Shown: positions 10,716-19,609 of the stretch, piece by piece
Layout of the letters: every line of letters starts with the position of its first letter
How positions within the stretch are numbered: position 1 is the stretch's first letter
Sequence record: SRR9188677_231
DNA: 34,166 nt
Direction: 5' to 3' (one strand)
Notes under the pieces: generated by a model
The model's database searches: none
Seen by the model: only the letters and a program-made list of their open reading frames with translations
What the model was told of the DNA's origin: nothing
Made by a program: the position numbers and the translations under genes

Positions 10716-11482
10716 GGCTGCGCGTGCTTAAACAGGCTGAAAAAGTTGCTGGTAGTGGCATCCATTACTTGTTGCAATGGAATATCGCGTAACCTGGCGA
10801 TTTCTTCAGCGACGTGGCGCACATAAGCAGGCTGGTTGGTTTTTCCGCGGAAAGGAATAGGCGCCAGATAAGGTGAATCAGTCTCGATCAGCATCGATGC
10901 CAGTGGCACTTTCTGCGCCACTTCTTTCAAGGCGACGGCATTTTTAAAAGTGACAATCCCGGAAAATGAAATATAAAACCCCATTTCGATAGCGCCCTGC
11001 GCCACTTCCCAGCTTTCGGTAAAACAATGCATCACGCCGCCCACTTCTGCTGCGCCCTCTTCCTGCATGATACGCAAGGTATCTTCAGCTGCATTGCGGG
11101 TATGAATGATCAGCGGTTTACCAGTGGTCCTGGCAGCGCGGATATGGGTGCGGAAGCGTTCACGTTGCCAGTTCAGGTCACCAGTCAGCCTGAAATAATC
11201 CAGTCCGGTTTCACCGATGGCCACCACGCGCGGATTATCGGCCAGCGAGACCAATTCGGCTACGGTTGGCTCCTGGATATCTTCATAGTCAGGATGCACG
11301 CCAACAGAAGCATATATATTCGGGTACTGCTCGGCAAGCGCCAATACTTCGGGAAACTTATCCAGTGTGACCGATACACACAAGGCATGACCGACCTCAT
11401 TGGTAAGCATGCTGGCGCGTACCTGGTCGATGTTTTGCGCCAGTTCGGGAAAGTTAATATGGCAATGCGAATCTACAAACAT
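10706..11482 (-). CDS. tatD: TatD family hydrolase (YcfH-like)
   Basis: Motifs DSHCH, GVHP, AIGETGLDY, HTR, HCF and ETDSPYLAP. Confidence 0.93.
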   Translation of the reverse strand: MFVDSHCHINFPELAQNIDQVRASMLTNEVGHALCVSVTLDKFPEVLALAEQYPNIYASVGVHPDYEDIQEPTVAELVSLADNPRVVAIGETGLDYFRLTGDLNWQRERFRTHIRAARTTGKPLIIHTRNAAEDTLRIMQEEGAAEVGGVMHCFTESWEVAQGAIEMGFYISFSGIVTFKNAVALKEVAQKVPLASMLIETDSPYLAPIPFRGKTNQPAYVRHVAEEIARLRDIPLQQVMDATTSNFFSLFKHAQPCN

Positions 11483-11500
11483 GAATAATCCAAAAACCTG

Positions 11501-11872
11501 CTAGATAGTATGGGTTGCGCGACTGGATTTAAGCGCTGCGCCGAGTATGGTTTCAATGCGTTTCTTGGCCTCTACGCCGCCATCGCGGTCACTGAACTGG
11601 ATGCCTATGCCCTGCGGTTTATTATTCACTGCCTGTGGCGTGATCCAGATCACTTTACCGACAATCTTCAGCTTGTGCGGGTCATCCAGCAAGGTCAGTA
11701 GCATGAATACTTCCTCGCCCATTTTGAAGGGTTTGCTGGTAGGGATAAATAGTCCGCCACCTTTGACAAAAGGCATGTAAGCAGCAAACAAGGCAGCTTT
11801 TTCACGGATAGCCAGTGACAGCACGCCTGGCTTGGCAGGGCTCATCGTCGATGGTGGTTGGGTGTCAGTCAT
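11501..11872 (-). CDS. pilZ: Type IV pilus assembly PilZ protein
   Basis: LSLAIREKAALFAAYMPFVKGGGLFIPT...THTI matches PA2960-type PilZ; conserved holB-pilZ-tatD order. Confidence 0.92.
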   Translation of the reverse strand: MTDTQPPSTMSPAKPGVLSLAIREKAALFAAYMPFVKGGGLFIPTSKPFKMGEEVFMLLTLLDDPHKLKIVGKVIWITPQAVNNKPQGIGIQFSDRDGGVEAKKRIETILGAALKSSRATHTI

Positions 11873-11895
11873 GCATGGACTCCTGGGCTAATCTA

Positions 11896-12891
11896 TTAGC
11901 CAAACATCTTCTTGTATTGGAGCAATAATTGCTCCAATTGCAATTCCTGGTTTAACGGGTGCTGTGCGGTCATTTTAAAACGATTTAACTGCTGTTGAAA
12001 TGCCAGCAGGCGTGCTAACTCAAGTTTCGATGCAAGTGTTTGTAAAGTAGCGGACTCCGCCGGATGGTAGCGTAATGGCAGTTGATGCCGCGACAGCCAT
12101 AAATCCAGCAGCCATTTTTGCAGCACCTGAATGGCTGCGCTCATCCCTTGTTTGATCAATATACCACCTGCCAGCGCACTATCCATGGCAGCACCACGCG
12201 AAAGGTGCGGGCTCCACTGCTGGTACCAGCCATACCAATCCAGGTCATCCTGCTGAATAGTCGTCGGTGCACCACCACTATAGTGCCAGAGCCATTCAGC
12301 CTGCGCGACCGATTGTGACTGCAACCATTGCAAGCCTTGCTCATGCGTTGGCACTGGCATATCCACCTGCATGCAACGACTTAAAATGGTGGGTAACAAG
12401 GCCTGGCGCTGATGCGAAACCAACAGGAATTGCGTACGCTGCGGAGGTTCTTCCAGTAATTTCAACAATGCGTTGGAAGCCGCAACATTCATTGCTTCCA
12501 GGGGGTGAATGAGTACCACACGTATGCCTCCTGCCTGGTGGCTGGTCAGGGCCAGGTAATCATTCAATGCACGAATCTGGTCAATCAGGATCTGCTGGCG
12601 TTTACGGGTTTTCTTTTTTGCGCTATCTGCGACTTCGTCATCTTCCGGCGTGATTTCCCTGAAATCAGGATGCGCCCCCTCTGATAGCCAGTGACATGAC
12701 TGGCATTGACCGCAGGCAATCCCGTTTTGCTGTGGTTGCGAGCACAACAGCCCTGCTGCCAGTGAATTTGCAAAACCCAGTTTGCCTATCCCGGCCTTGC
12801 CATGAAACAGTAAGGCATGGTGGCGGCTCTCGCCTGCATGCACCCAATGTGTATACAGCGATTCTTGCCATGGATATACATTATTAATCAT
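11896..12891 (-). CDS. holB: DNA polymerase III subunit delta'
   Basis: Motifs YPWQ, HALLFHGKAGIGK, CGQCQSC..HPD, ASNALLKLLEEP and LLPTILSRC. Confidence 0.95.
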   Translation of the reverse strand: MINNVYPWQESLYTHWVHAGESRHHALLFHGKAGIGKLGFANSLAAGLLCSQPQQNGIACGQCQSCHWLSEGAHPDFREITPEDDEVADSAKKKTRKRQQILIDQIRALNDYLALTSHQAGGIRVVLIHPLEAMNVAASNALLKLLEEPPQRTQFLLVSHQRQALLPTILSRCMQVDMPVPTHEQGLQWLQSQSVAQAEWLWHYSGGAPTTIQQDDLDWYGWYQQWSPHLSRGAAMDSALAGGILIKQGMSAAIQVLQKWLLDLWLSRHQLPLRYHPAESATLQTLASKLELARLLAFQQQLNRFKMTAQHPLNQELQLEQLLLQYKKMFG

Positions 12892-13493
12892 AATGATATG
12901 ATGATTTCTTCAACTGATTTCTTTACTTCTTCCAAAGACCTGTTGGCATCAATCACGCGGAAACGTTGTGGATATTCAGTCGCACGCGCAAGATATTGAG
13001 CGCGTAATTTGGCAAAAAATTCAATCCCCTGCGCTTCAAATTTATCAGGTGTGCGTGCCCCAGCCAGGCGCTGCATACTAACCTCTACCGGCACATCGAA
13101 CAGCAAGGTGATATCTGGCTGCAAGTCACCCTGCACCCATTTTTCAAGCGCCTGCATTTTAGCTAAAGGCAATCCGCGTGCGCCACATTGATAAGCATAG
13201 GAAGCATCGGTAAACCGGTCAGACAAAACAATCGCACCACGTGCCAATGCCGGAAGGATTACCTGCTGCAGATGTTCCGCACGGGCAGCGAACATCAGTA
13301 ATGATTCGGTTTCCACATGCATCTCTTTATGCAAGAGCAGTTCACGCAACTCTTCACCCAACGGGGTGCCACCGGGCTCGCGGGTAGAAACCACTTCACG
13401 GCCAGATTTTGCCAGCAATGCCAGTATGGTGGGAATATGCGTACTTTTACCCGCGCCATCCATGCCTTCAAGTGTAATAAACAAACCTGCCAT
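12888..13493 (-). CDS. tmk: Thymidylate kinase
   Basis: FITLEGMDGAGKST P-loop, TREPGGT and DRFTDASYAYQ. ATG at 13493 is preferred over TTG at 13508. Confidence 0.95.
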   Translation of the reverse strand: MAGLFITLEGMDGAGKSTHIPTILALLAKSGREVVSTREPGGTPLGEELRELLLHKEMHVETESLLMFAARAEHLQQVILPALARGAIVLSDRFTDASYAYQCGARGLPLAKMQALEKWVQGDLQPDITLLFDVPVEVSMQRLAGARTPDKFEAQGIEFFAKLRAQYLARATEYPQRFRVIDANRSLEEVKKSVEEIIISL

Positions 13494-13524
13494 TACTTTA
13501 TTTCCCAACTCATGCTGATTGTCA

Positions 13525-14526
13525 TTAGTGTTTCTTTAATTGATAGGCGCGCACGGCCTTGTTATGGTCTTCCAGCGTACTGGTAAACACATGCCTGCCC
13601 TGCCCGTTTGCCACGAAATACAAAGCCTTGGTATTGGCGGGATGTAATGCCGCTTGAATAGACGCCAGGCCTGGCAAAGCAATTGGCGTTGGCGGTAAGC
13701 CACTGCGCGTATAAGTATTGAAAGCGGTATCCGTCAGTAAATCCCGTCGCGTGATATTGCCACGATAACGGCTGCCCATGCCATAAATCACGGTCGGGTC
13801 AGTCTGCAAACGCATGCCCAGCCGCAAACGATTGACAAACACACCGGCGATTTGCGGACGCTCCACTTCAACGCCAGTTTCTTTCTCAACGATGGAGGCC
13901 ATGATCAGTGCTTCGTATGGCGTTTTATAAGGCAAGCCGGATTGACGTGTCTCCCAGGCGGCAGATAAATACTGCGTCATTTTCTGGTAAGCACGCTTAT
14001 ACATTTCCGTATCACTGCTTTGCTTGTCAATAAAATAGGTGTCCGGAAAAAACCAGCCTTCAGGAGGCTTGGCTTCACCGCTAACCAGTTCCATTAACTC
14101 ACTATCAGATAAATGTTGTGTCTCATGCCGTATGCCAGGCATTTGCGCCAGCTTCTGCCTGAAGTCGCTAAAGGTCTTGCCTTCAGTCAACTGAAGTTTA
14201 AGCTGATCAAATGTGCCATGCTTGAGTACATCAATCAGGCCCAGCACTTGCAATGGCGCATTTAAAGCGTAATCACCCGCCTGAAGTCGGCTGCCGCTCC
14301 CTGTCAGTTTGACCACCGCAAGGAAACTATAAGGCTCTTTCAACACCCCTGCCGATACCAGTTGGTCTGCAATGCCGCGCACACTGGCGCCGGCGGGAAT
14401 CTGCAAGCCTATGGTTTCAGAAACCATAGGCAATGGTCGTATCATATAAATGACTAGCCAGAGCGTGAGCGCCAGTCCGCATGACCCCAGAACCGCTAAC
14501 CCGTATTTGAAGCTTTTCTTAAACAT
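13525..14526 (-). CDS. mltG: Endolytic transglycosylase MltG (YceG)
   Basis: N-terminal TM; motifs EGWFFPDTY, ASIVEKET, LQTDPTVIYG and NTYTRSGLPPTPIA. Confidence 0.95.
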   Translation of the reverse strand: MFKKSFKYGLAVLGSCGLALTLWLVIYMIRPLPMVSETIGLQIPAGASVRGIADQLVSAGVLKEPYSFLAVVKLTGSGSRLQAGDYALNAPLQVLGLIDVLKHGTFDQLKLQLTEGKTFSDFRQKLAQMPGIRHETQHLSDSELMELVSGEAKPPEGWFFPDTYFIDKQSSDTEMYKRAYQKMTQYLSAAWETRQSGLPYKTPYEALIMASIVEKETGVEVERPQIAGVFVNRLRLGMRLQTDPTVIYGMGSRYRGNITRRDLLTDTAFNTYTRSGLPPTPIALPGLASIQAALHPANTKALYFVANGQGRHVFTSTLEDHNKAVRAYQLKKH

Positions 14527-14547
14527 GTAGTGCCTGATAAAAATCTT

Positions 14548-15387
14548 TTAATGCGTTACATAATGCAGCTGTGACCGGAGCTCTTTCGCCCAGTGATTGG
14601 TCGCAACCAGCTGATCGTCAATATGCGACACCTGCAACACACCATAAACACTATTCACGATGACAATCGCTTCTGCATTGAGCAAATCGTCCATGGTTAA
14701 TGTGCTTACCAGCACGGTCTGGCGTTGCGTTTTATACCAATCCAGTATTTTCTGCCGCATCACGCCGGCCACACCGCAACTCTCCAGCACTGGCGTCATC
14801 ACCACGCCATCCTTGCGGATAAACAGGTTGCCGCTTACCGCCTCAATGACATGGTCATCATAATCGCGCAATAAACCGTCAAAAAATCGCGGGTCTTTCA
14901 GCTCGCCACGCGCGAGGACATTTTCCAGGCGGTTTAAATGCTTGATACCGGCCAGTAAAGGCTGATGCGCCAGCCGCGTCTGGCAGGTATATAGCGCCAC
15001 ACCATTCGCATAAATCTCCGGCGGATAATTCGGTAACGGGCTTTGTATCAGCACCCGTGTGGGTTCACTCACTGCCGGTGGCGCATAGCCACGCGCGCCC
15101 TCGCCACGCGTAATCATAATCTTGAGGATACTGAACTGCGTATCTTCTTCACTGGCAGACGCCATCAAGTATTTGAATTCCTGCATCAGTAATTCGGCAG
15201 AAGGACACACAATCTGGATTTTGCTGCAATCTGCCACCAGGGTCTGGTAATGCAAAGGCCAGTCTTGCAGCTCACCATTCAACAAACGCATGGTGCGAAA
15301 AACACCATCGCCATAAGCAAAACCACGGTTGGTCGGCGCAATGCCATTGACCAGTTTGCCATTGATGCAATAGCGGACAGTTGTCAT
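14548..15387 (-). CDS. pabC: Aminodeoxychorismate lyase (PLP fold IV)
   Basis: Motifs RGFAYGDGVFRT, KIMITRG, LAGIKHLNRLENVLA and GVAGVMR; adjacent to mltG. Confidence 0.92.
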   Translation of the reverse strand: MTTVRYCINGKLVNGIAPTNRGFAYGDGVFRTMRLLNGELQDWPLHYQTLVADCSKIQIVCPSAELLMQEFKYLMASASEEDTQFSILKIMITRGEGARGYAPPAVSEPTRVLIQSPLPNYPPEIYANGVALYTCQTRLAHQPLLAGIKHLNRLENVLARGELKDPRFFDGLLRDYDDHVIEAVSGNLFIRKDGVVMTPVLESCGVAGVMRQKILDWYKTQRQTVLVSTLTMDDLLNAEAIVIVNSVYGVLQVSHIDDQLVATNHWAKELRSQLHYVTH

Positions 15388-15514
15388 CTTAAGAAGGGAA
15401 AATTGATGTGTCTGAACAAGGCTGAAACCTTACCATAAAACCGGAAAAAACCACGCACCTAACGGCATAAATCAACCATGAAGGAGTAGCGTTACAAAGA
15501 ATTGAACAATTTTC

Positions 15515-15541
15515 TAAAGTTTAATGGTTGGATGCCGTTAA
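15515..15541 (+). promoter_or_regulatory. Sigma-28 (FliA) promoter
   Basis: TAAAGTTT-N11-GCCGTTAA versus the established consensus TAAAGTTT-N11-GCCGATAA (one mismatch). It ends 45 bp upstream of the ATG at 15587. Confidence 0.8.
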
Positions 15542-15586
15542 CAAGATGAGGCGTATTGTATCTGCAATATTATGGGAGGCATCAGC

Positions 15587-16066
15587 ATGTCATTGTCCAG
15601 CATCCAGACTAACCTGGCCGCATTGATCAACAAAGCATATAGCACTGACAATAGCGCAACGAAGTCCGCTGCATCCACACAGGCTAGCGCTACAGCGAGC
15701 ACAGCCAAAACCGCGCCTAGCGCTGAAAAAGATGCCACGACTGCTGCCGATACCGCAACAGACAACCCAGCTGGCGCCAGTGCGCAGGTGACATTAGGAC
15801 AATCAGGCAACACAACAGAAATCTATACCGCACAAGGCCTGTTACAGCAAATGCGGCAGATTCAGCTCAGCAATACCATGCTGCTGTTTGGCAGTGAAGA
15901 AGAAAATGCCGAAGACAGTACCGGCTTAATGGGCATGTTTGGCAGTGAAGGTGATACTGAAGGGGAAAGCGATTGGACCGAGTCCATTAGCCAGCAGCCG
16001 GATAAAGCCGCGATAATGGTTGAAAAGGCAAAAAATAGTTCGATTAAGACCATGCTAGGTGGTTAA
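15587..16066 (+). CDS. Hypothetical Ser/Thr/Ala-rich acidic protein, putative flagellar-regulon product
   Basis: 159-aa ORF with a strong SD (GGGAGG at 15574-15579) before the ATG at 15587; no signal peptide, TM segment or Cys; follows a sigma-28 promoter. Confidence 0.75.
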   Translation: MSLSSIQTNLAALINKAYSTDNSATKSAASTQASATASTAKTAPSAEKDATTAADTATDNPAGASAQVTLGQSGNTTEIYTAQGLLQQMRQIQLSNTMLLFGSEEENAEDSTGLMGMFGSEGDTEGESDWTESISQQPDKAAIMVEKAKNSSIKTMLGG

Positions 16067-16119
16067 GTCAGCTTAGCTAGCTTTTTCTGTTTCTTTACTC
16101 TGTAAGGTTCGAGAAGATC

Positions 16120-16629
16120 TTAAGCTTCAAGCTTCACAAAACTGCCACTTTCTTTATCATTCAGCAAGCTCAGCAAATCTGCTGAGCGCAATGCCAGCGC
16201 ATAACCCAGTACCCCGCTGCCTATCACTACAGTTTCATATTCTGCAACACTGTTGTCCACCAGCACGCGCAAATCCTCCGGCAAAGCTATCGGTGGTACT
16301 GCGCCAACTACATAGCCAGTCACTTCCGGCACTTCGTCATACTCTGCCATACGGCATTTGCGCTCATTCAGGTGTTTGCGTAATAAAGCCCAGTCTGCAC
16401 GGCCACTTCCGGCTACCGCCAATAAACTGAACCCGCTGTTTTCGCCTTTGAACACTATGCTGCGCACCACTGATTGCGGTTGCAATCCCTGGCCAGAAAG
16501 CAATTCTTCAAGGCTGCGGATGGGTTTTTTATCTTCACTCAGAGGAATTTGAATGACCTGGAATTGAATGCCTTGCTGTTGTAGCAGGTTGGTCACAGCA
16601 GATTTAAAACTGGAGGTCATTGGCGGCAT
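16120..16629 (-). CDS. YbaK/EbsC/ProX-family aminoacyl-tRNA deacylase-like protein
   Basis: Motifs VVRSIVF, RMAEYDEVPEVTGYVVGAVPP and VLVD...GSG. The start may be 16620. Confidence 0.8.
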   Translation of the reverse strand: MPPMTSSFKSAVTNLLQQQGIQFQVIQIPLSEDKKPIRSLEELLSGQGLQPQSVVRSIVFKGENSGFSLLAVAGSGRADWALLRKHLNERKCRMAEYDEVPEVTGYVVGAVPPIALPEDLRVLVDNSVAEYETVVIGSGVLGYALALRSADLLSLLNDKESGSFVKLEA

Positions 16630-16665
16630 CCTTAATTATAAATTAGTTTAATTATTTAACTCAAA

Positions 16666-17040
16666 TCATTGATATTTAGTGTATTTATCGTTACTACCTT
16701 TACATTTTTCTACCGGATATTTCTGGTCATTCAGATCGATTTTGGCATTGGTCGCAGCAATCAAATCAATTCCGCAGACTTCGGCGATGCGCATCAGATA
16801 GACAAAGGTATCCGCCAGCTCATGCCCAACTTTTTCTTTAGTGTCAGCGTCCAGCTGGCGGCTTTCCTGCTCGGTCATCCACTGGAAATGCTCTACCACT
16901 TCAGCCGCTTCTACGATCATCGCCATCGCGAGGTTTTTTGGGGAATGAAACTGTGCCCAGTCACGCGCATCCACAAATGCATTGATACGTCGACGTAAAG
17001 TCAGCAAGGAATCAGTAGTCTGGTTTTCGGGTTCGGTCAT
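16666..17040 (-). CDS. MazG-like nucleotide pyrophosphohydrolase (dCTP pyrophosphatase-like)
   Basis: Motifs RDWAQFHSPKNLAMAMIVEAAEVVEHFQW, ELAD and KYP. Confidence 0.9.
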   Translation of the reverse strand: MTEPENQTTDSLLTLRRRINAFVDARDWAQFHSPKNLAMAMIVEAAEVVEHFQWMTEQESRQLDADTKEKVGHELADTFVYLMRIAEVCGIDLIAATNAKIDLNDQKYPVEKCKGSNDKYTKYQ

Positions 17041-17076
17041 AAATAAAATTATTCAAAAATAAAAGGATGGCAAGGT

Positions 17077-19320
17077 TTATTGCTGTGCAAGCAAGGCTTC
17101 AAATTCATCTGCAGGCAAAGGCCGACTAAACAGGTAACCTTGCATCTCATCACAATCATGCGATTTCAAGAACTCTAGTTGTGCCTGAGTTTCAACGCCC
17201 TCGGCGATGACGGTTAACCCCAGACTTTGGGACATTTTGATGATGGCAGTGACAATTGCCGCATCGTTGATATCAATTTCTATATCACGAATAAAGCTTT
17301 TATCAATTTTAATGGTATTCAGTGGCAACAGCTTTAGATACGACAGGCTTGAGTAACCAGTTCCAAAATCATCCACGGAAAGGCGAACACCCATATCTTT
17401 AAGCTTATTCAAATCATTAATTACAGTCACCTCACTTTGAATTGCAACGCTTTCAGTCACTTCAAGTTCCAGATTATAGGGTTGCAGGCCAGTTTGTAAT
17501 AACACTTTGACGACCTCCTGCGTAAAATGCGTTTGGTGTAACTCCACTACTGAAACATTAATCGCAATCGGAATCTCGGGCAAGCCGGTATCTTGCCATT
17601 TTTTATTCTGCGTACAAGCTTCACGCAATACCCAGTGGCCAATGCCCTTGATCAAGCCGGACTCCTCAGCAATCTTGATAAAGCGATCTGGCATCATCAT
17701 GCCCCATTGCGGGTGCATCCAACGAATAAGCGCTTCTGCACCAATAATCTTGCCAGTTTTAATACTGACTTTAGGCTGATAAAACAGTAGTAGCTCATTG
17801 TTTGAAATGGCTTTTTGCAGGCTGATTTCCATCGTGAGCTGGGCCGCAACACGTTCACTCATTTCATTGGTAAAAAACTGGTAATTATTTCTGCCAGAAT
17901 TTTTGGCATGGTACATCGCAGCATCTGCATGCCTGGTTAACACATCCTCACTTTCACCATCATCAGGATAAACGGCAATACCAATACTGGCAGTAATAAA
18001 CAACTCGTGATTAGCGATGCTGACCGGATCCTTAATCAGAGTGAGTATTTTTTGGGCGATTTCGGCAGGTACTGCGTCATCATTTAACTCGGGTAATAAC
18101 ACGACAAACTCGTCCCCACCCAGGCGACTAAGTGTGTCAGAGGCTCGAATGCACATTTGAAGCTTTTTACTCAACACTTTGAGCAACTGATCGCCAACTT
18201 CATGGCCCAGGGTATCATTCACCCGTTTAAAATGATCTATGTCAAAAAACAGAATCGCAAGCTTGGATTTCCTTCTCTTTGCAGCACTGATCGCTTGCGT
18301 GATACGGTCTGTCAGCAACAATCGATTCGGTAAATCGGTCAGGTAATCATGCTCGGCAAGATAGGTCATTTTTTGTGCCATCTGGCGGGCATCACTCACG
18401 TCATGAAACACCAGCACCACGCCTAAAATGGCGCCATTCTGATCGCGAATTGGCGCAGCAGAATCTTCAATGGCGTATTCAGCGCCTGTTTTGGCAATCA
18501 GCAAGGTATGATTCGCCAGCCCGCAAACTTTGTTATGCGTCAGCACCACATCCACCGGGTTGGCTGCCAACTTGCGAGTGCTTTCATTTAAAATCCTGAA
18601 CACTTCCAGAATCGGCCGTCCCAGTGCCTCGGCTTTGCTCCAGCCCGTCATTTCTTCGGCCACCGGATTAAGATAAGTCACCTCGGACTGCATATTGGTG
18701 GTAATCACCGCATCCCCGATAGATTCCAGCGTGACAATCGCCAGTTGTCTCTGGTTAAACAGTTCGAGCTCCGTGCGCTTTCTTTGTTCTATCTCCTGAC
18801 GCAAACTCTCATTGATGTTGCTCAAATCTTCAGTGCGTTCTTTGACCAGATGTTCAAGATTCAAATTTAATTTTGCCAGCGCCTGTTCTGCCAGTAATCG
18901 TTTCTCAACTTCAGATTCCAGCCTGGCAATGGTTATTTTCAGCTGTTTTGTGCTGGTAATCGTCAAGGCAACCGGCATCAAACGCCACAGCATGATTGCG
19001 GTAATCCCTGAAGCCACTGCCGTAACGCTTTTCATGGCGGCATCTAGCCAATAGGCAGGCTCCCAAATGGTTGCAATCGCAATCAAATGCGTCGTTCCAC
19101 AGGCAAAGATGAACACTGAAAACATAACGAATACCCAGTTAAACTCGAGATCAGCGCGTTTTTTAACCAGGTAGAGCAATGCAATCGGGATCGTGTAGTA
19201 GGAAATTGCTATGACAGTGTCGGAGACAACATACATCCACAGCAGGACGGGCGTCCATAAATAGCAATGACCATGCGGCATAAAGTCGCCAGGTACCAAC
19301 CAACTCAATAAAGCATCCAT
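17077..19320 (-). CDS. Membrane-bound ETR1-type ethylene-binding domain + PAS + GGDEF + EAL (c-di-GMP cyclase/phosphodiesterase)
   Basis: Three N-terminal TM helices with SDTVIAISYYTIP and FIFACGTTHLI; coiled coil; PAS (LESIGDAVITT..YLNPVAEEMTGW); RASD I-site plus GGDEF; EAL, DDFGTGYSSL, KIDKSF and EGVE motifs. Confidence 0.9.
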   Translation of the reverse strand: MDALLSWLVPGDFMPHGHCYLWTPVLLWMYVVSDTVIAISYYTIPIALLYLVKKRADLEFNWVFVMFSVFIFACGTTHLIAIATIWEPAYWLDAAMKSVTAVASGITAIMLWRLMPVALTITSTKQLKITIARLESEVEKRLLAEQALAKLNLNLEHLVKERTEDLSNINESLRQEIEQRKRTELELFNQRQLAIVTLESIGDAVITTNMQSEVTYLNPVAEEMTGWSKAEALGRPILEVFRILNESTRKLAANPVDVVLTHNKVCGLANHTLLIAKTGAEYAIEDSAAPIRDQNGAILGVVLVFHDVSDARQMAQKMTYLAEHDYLTDLPNRLLLTDRITQAISAAKRRKSKLAILFFDIDHFKRVNDTLGHEVGDQLLKVLSKKLQMCIRASDTLSRLGGDEFVVLLPELNDDAVPAEIAQKILTLIKDPVSIANHELFITASIGIAVYPDDGESEDVLTRHADAAMYHAKNSGRNNYQFFTNEMSERVAAQLTMEISLQKAISNNELLLFYQPKVSIKTGKIIGAEALIRWMHPQWGMMMPDRFIKIAEESGLIKGIGHWVLREACTQNKKWQDTGLPEIPIAINVSVVELHQTHFTQEVVKVLLQTGLQPYNLELEVTESVAIQSEVTVINDLNKLKDMGVRLSVDDFGTGYSSLSYLKLLPLNTIKIDKSFIRDIEIDINDAAIVTAIIKMSQSLGLTVIAEGVETQAQLEFLKSHDCDEMQGYLFSRPLPADEFEALLAQQ

Positions 19321-19490
19321 ACAAAAGCCTCTTCGAAGATTCTTAATGGTGAAATGTGGTGAGTTAAAGCTGTTTTACCACAGTAAATACTGGAAATGCT
19401 ATAGCGATAATATTTACGACTATAATTTATACTAAAAAATAATACGTGGCACGGATAAAACAATGATTAACATTTCAACAAGGCATAGAC

Positions 19491-19567
19491 TTCAACGTTG
19501 CATTGCAATTTCCGGGAGCTTGCTGACGCTCACGAATACATTCAACATTGCATCGCAAGCTTGAATG
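19491..19567. repeat. 18-bp imperfect direct repeat (50-bp period); the second copy lies inside a hairpin
   Basis: TTCAACGTTGCATTGCAA (19491-19508) and TTCAACATTGCATCGCAA (19541-19558) are 16/18 identical. Hairpin CATTCAA...TTGAATG spans 19539-19567. Confidence 0.5.
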
Positions 19568-19609
19568 CGCCATCAGATGCATGGCTAACATATTGGCGGA
19601 TATAGAATA

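Noticed and set aside
19491-19558. Possible mini-CRISPR (repeat-32 bp-repeat)
   Set aside because: Only two imperfect 18-bp units, too short for CRISPR repeats, and no cas genes in the window.
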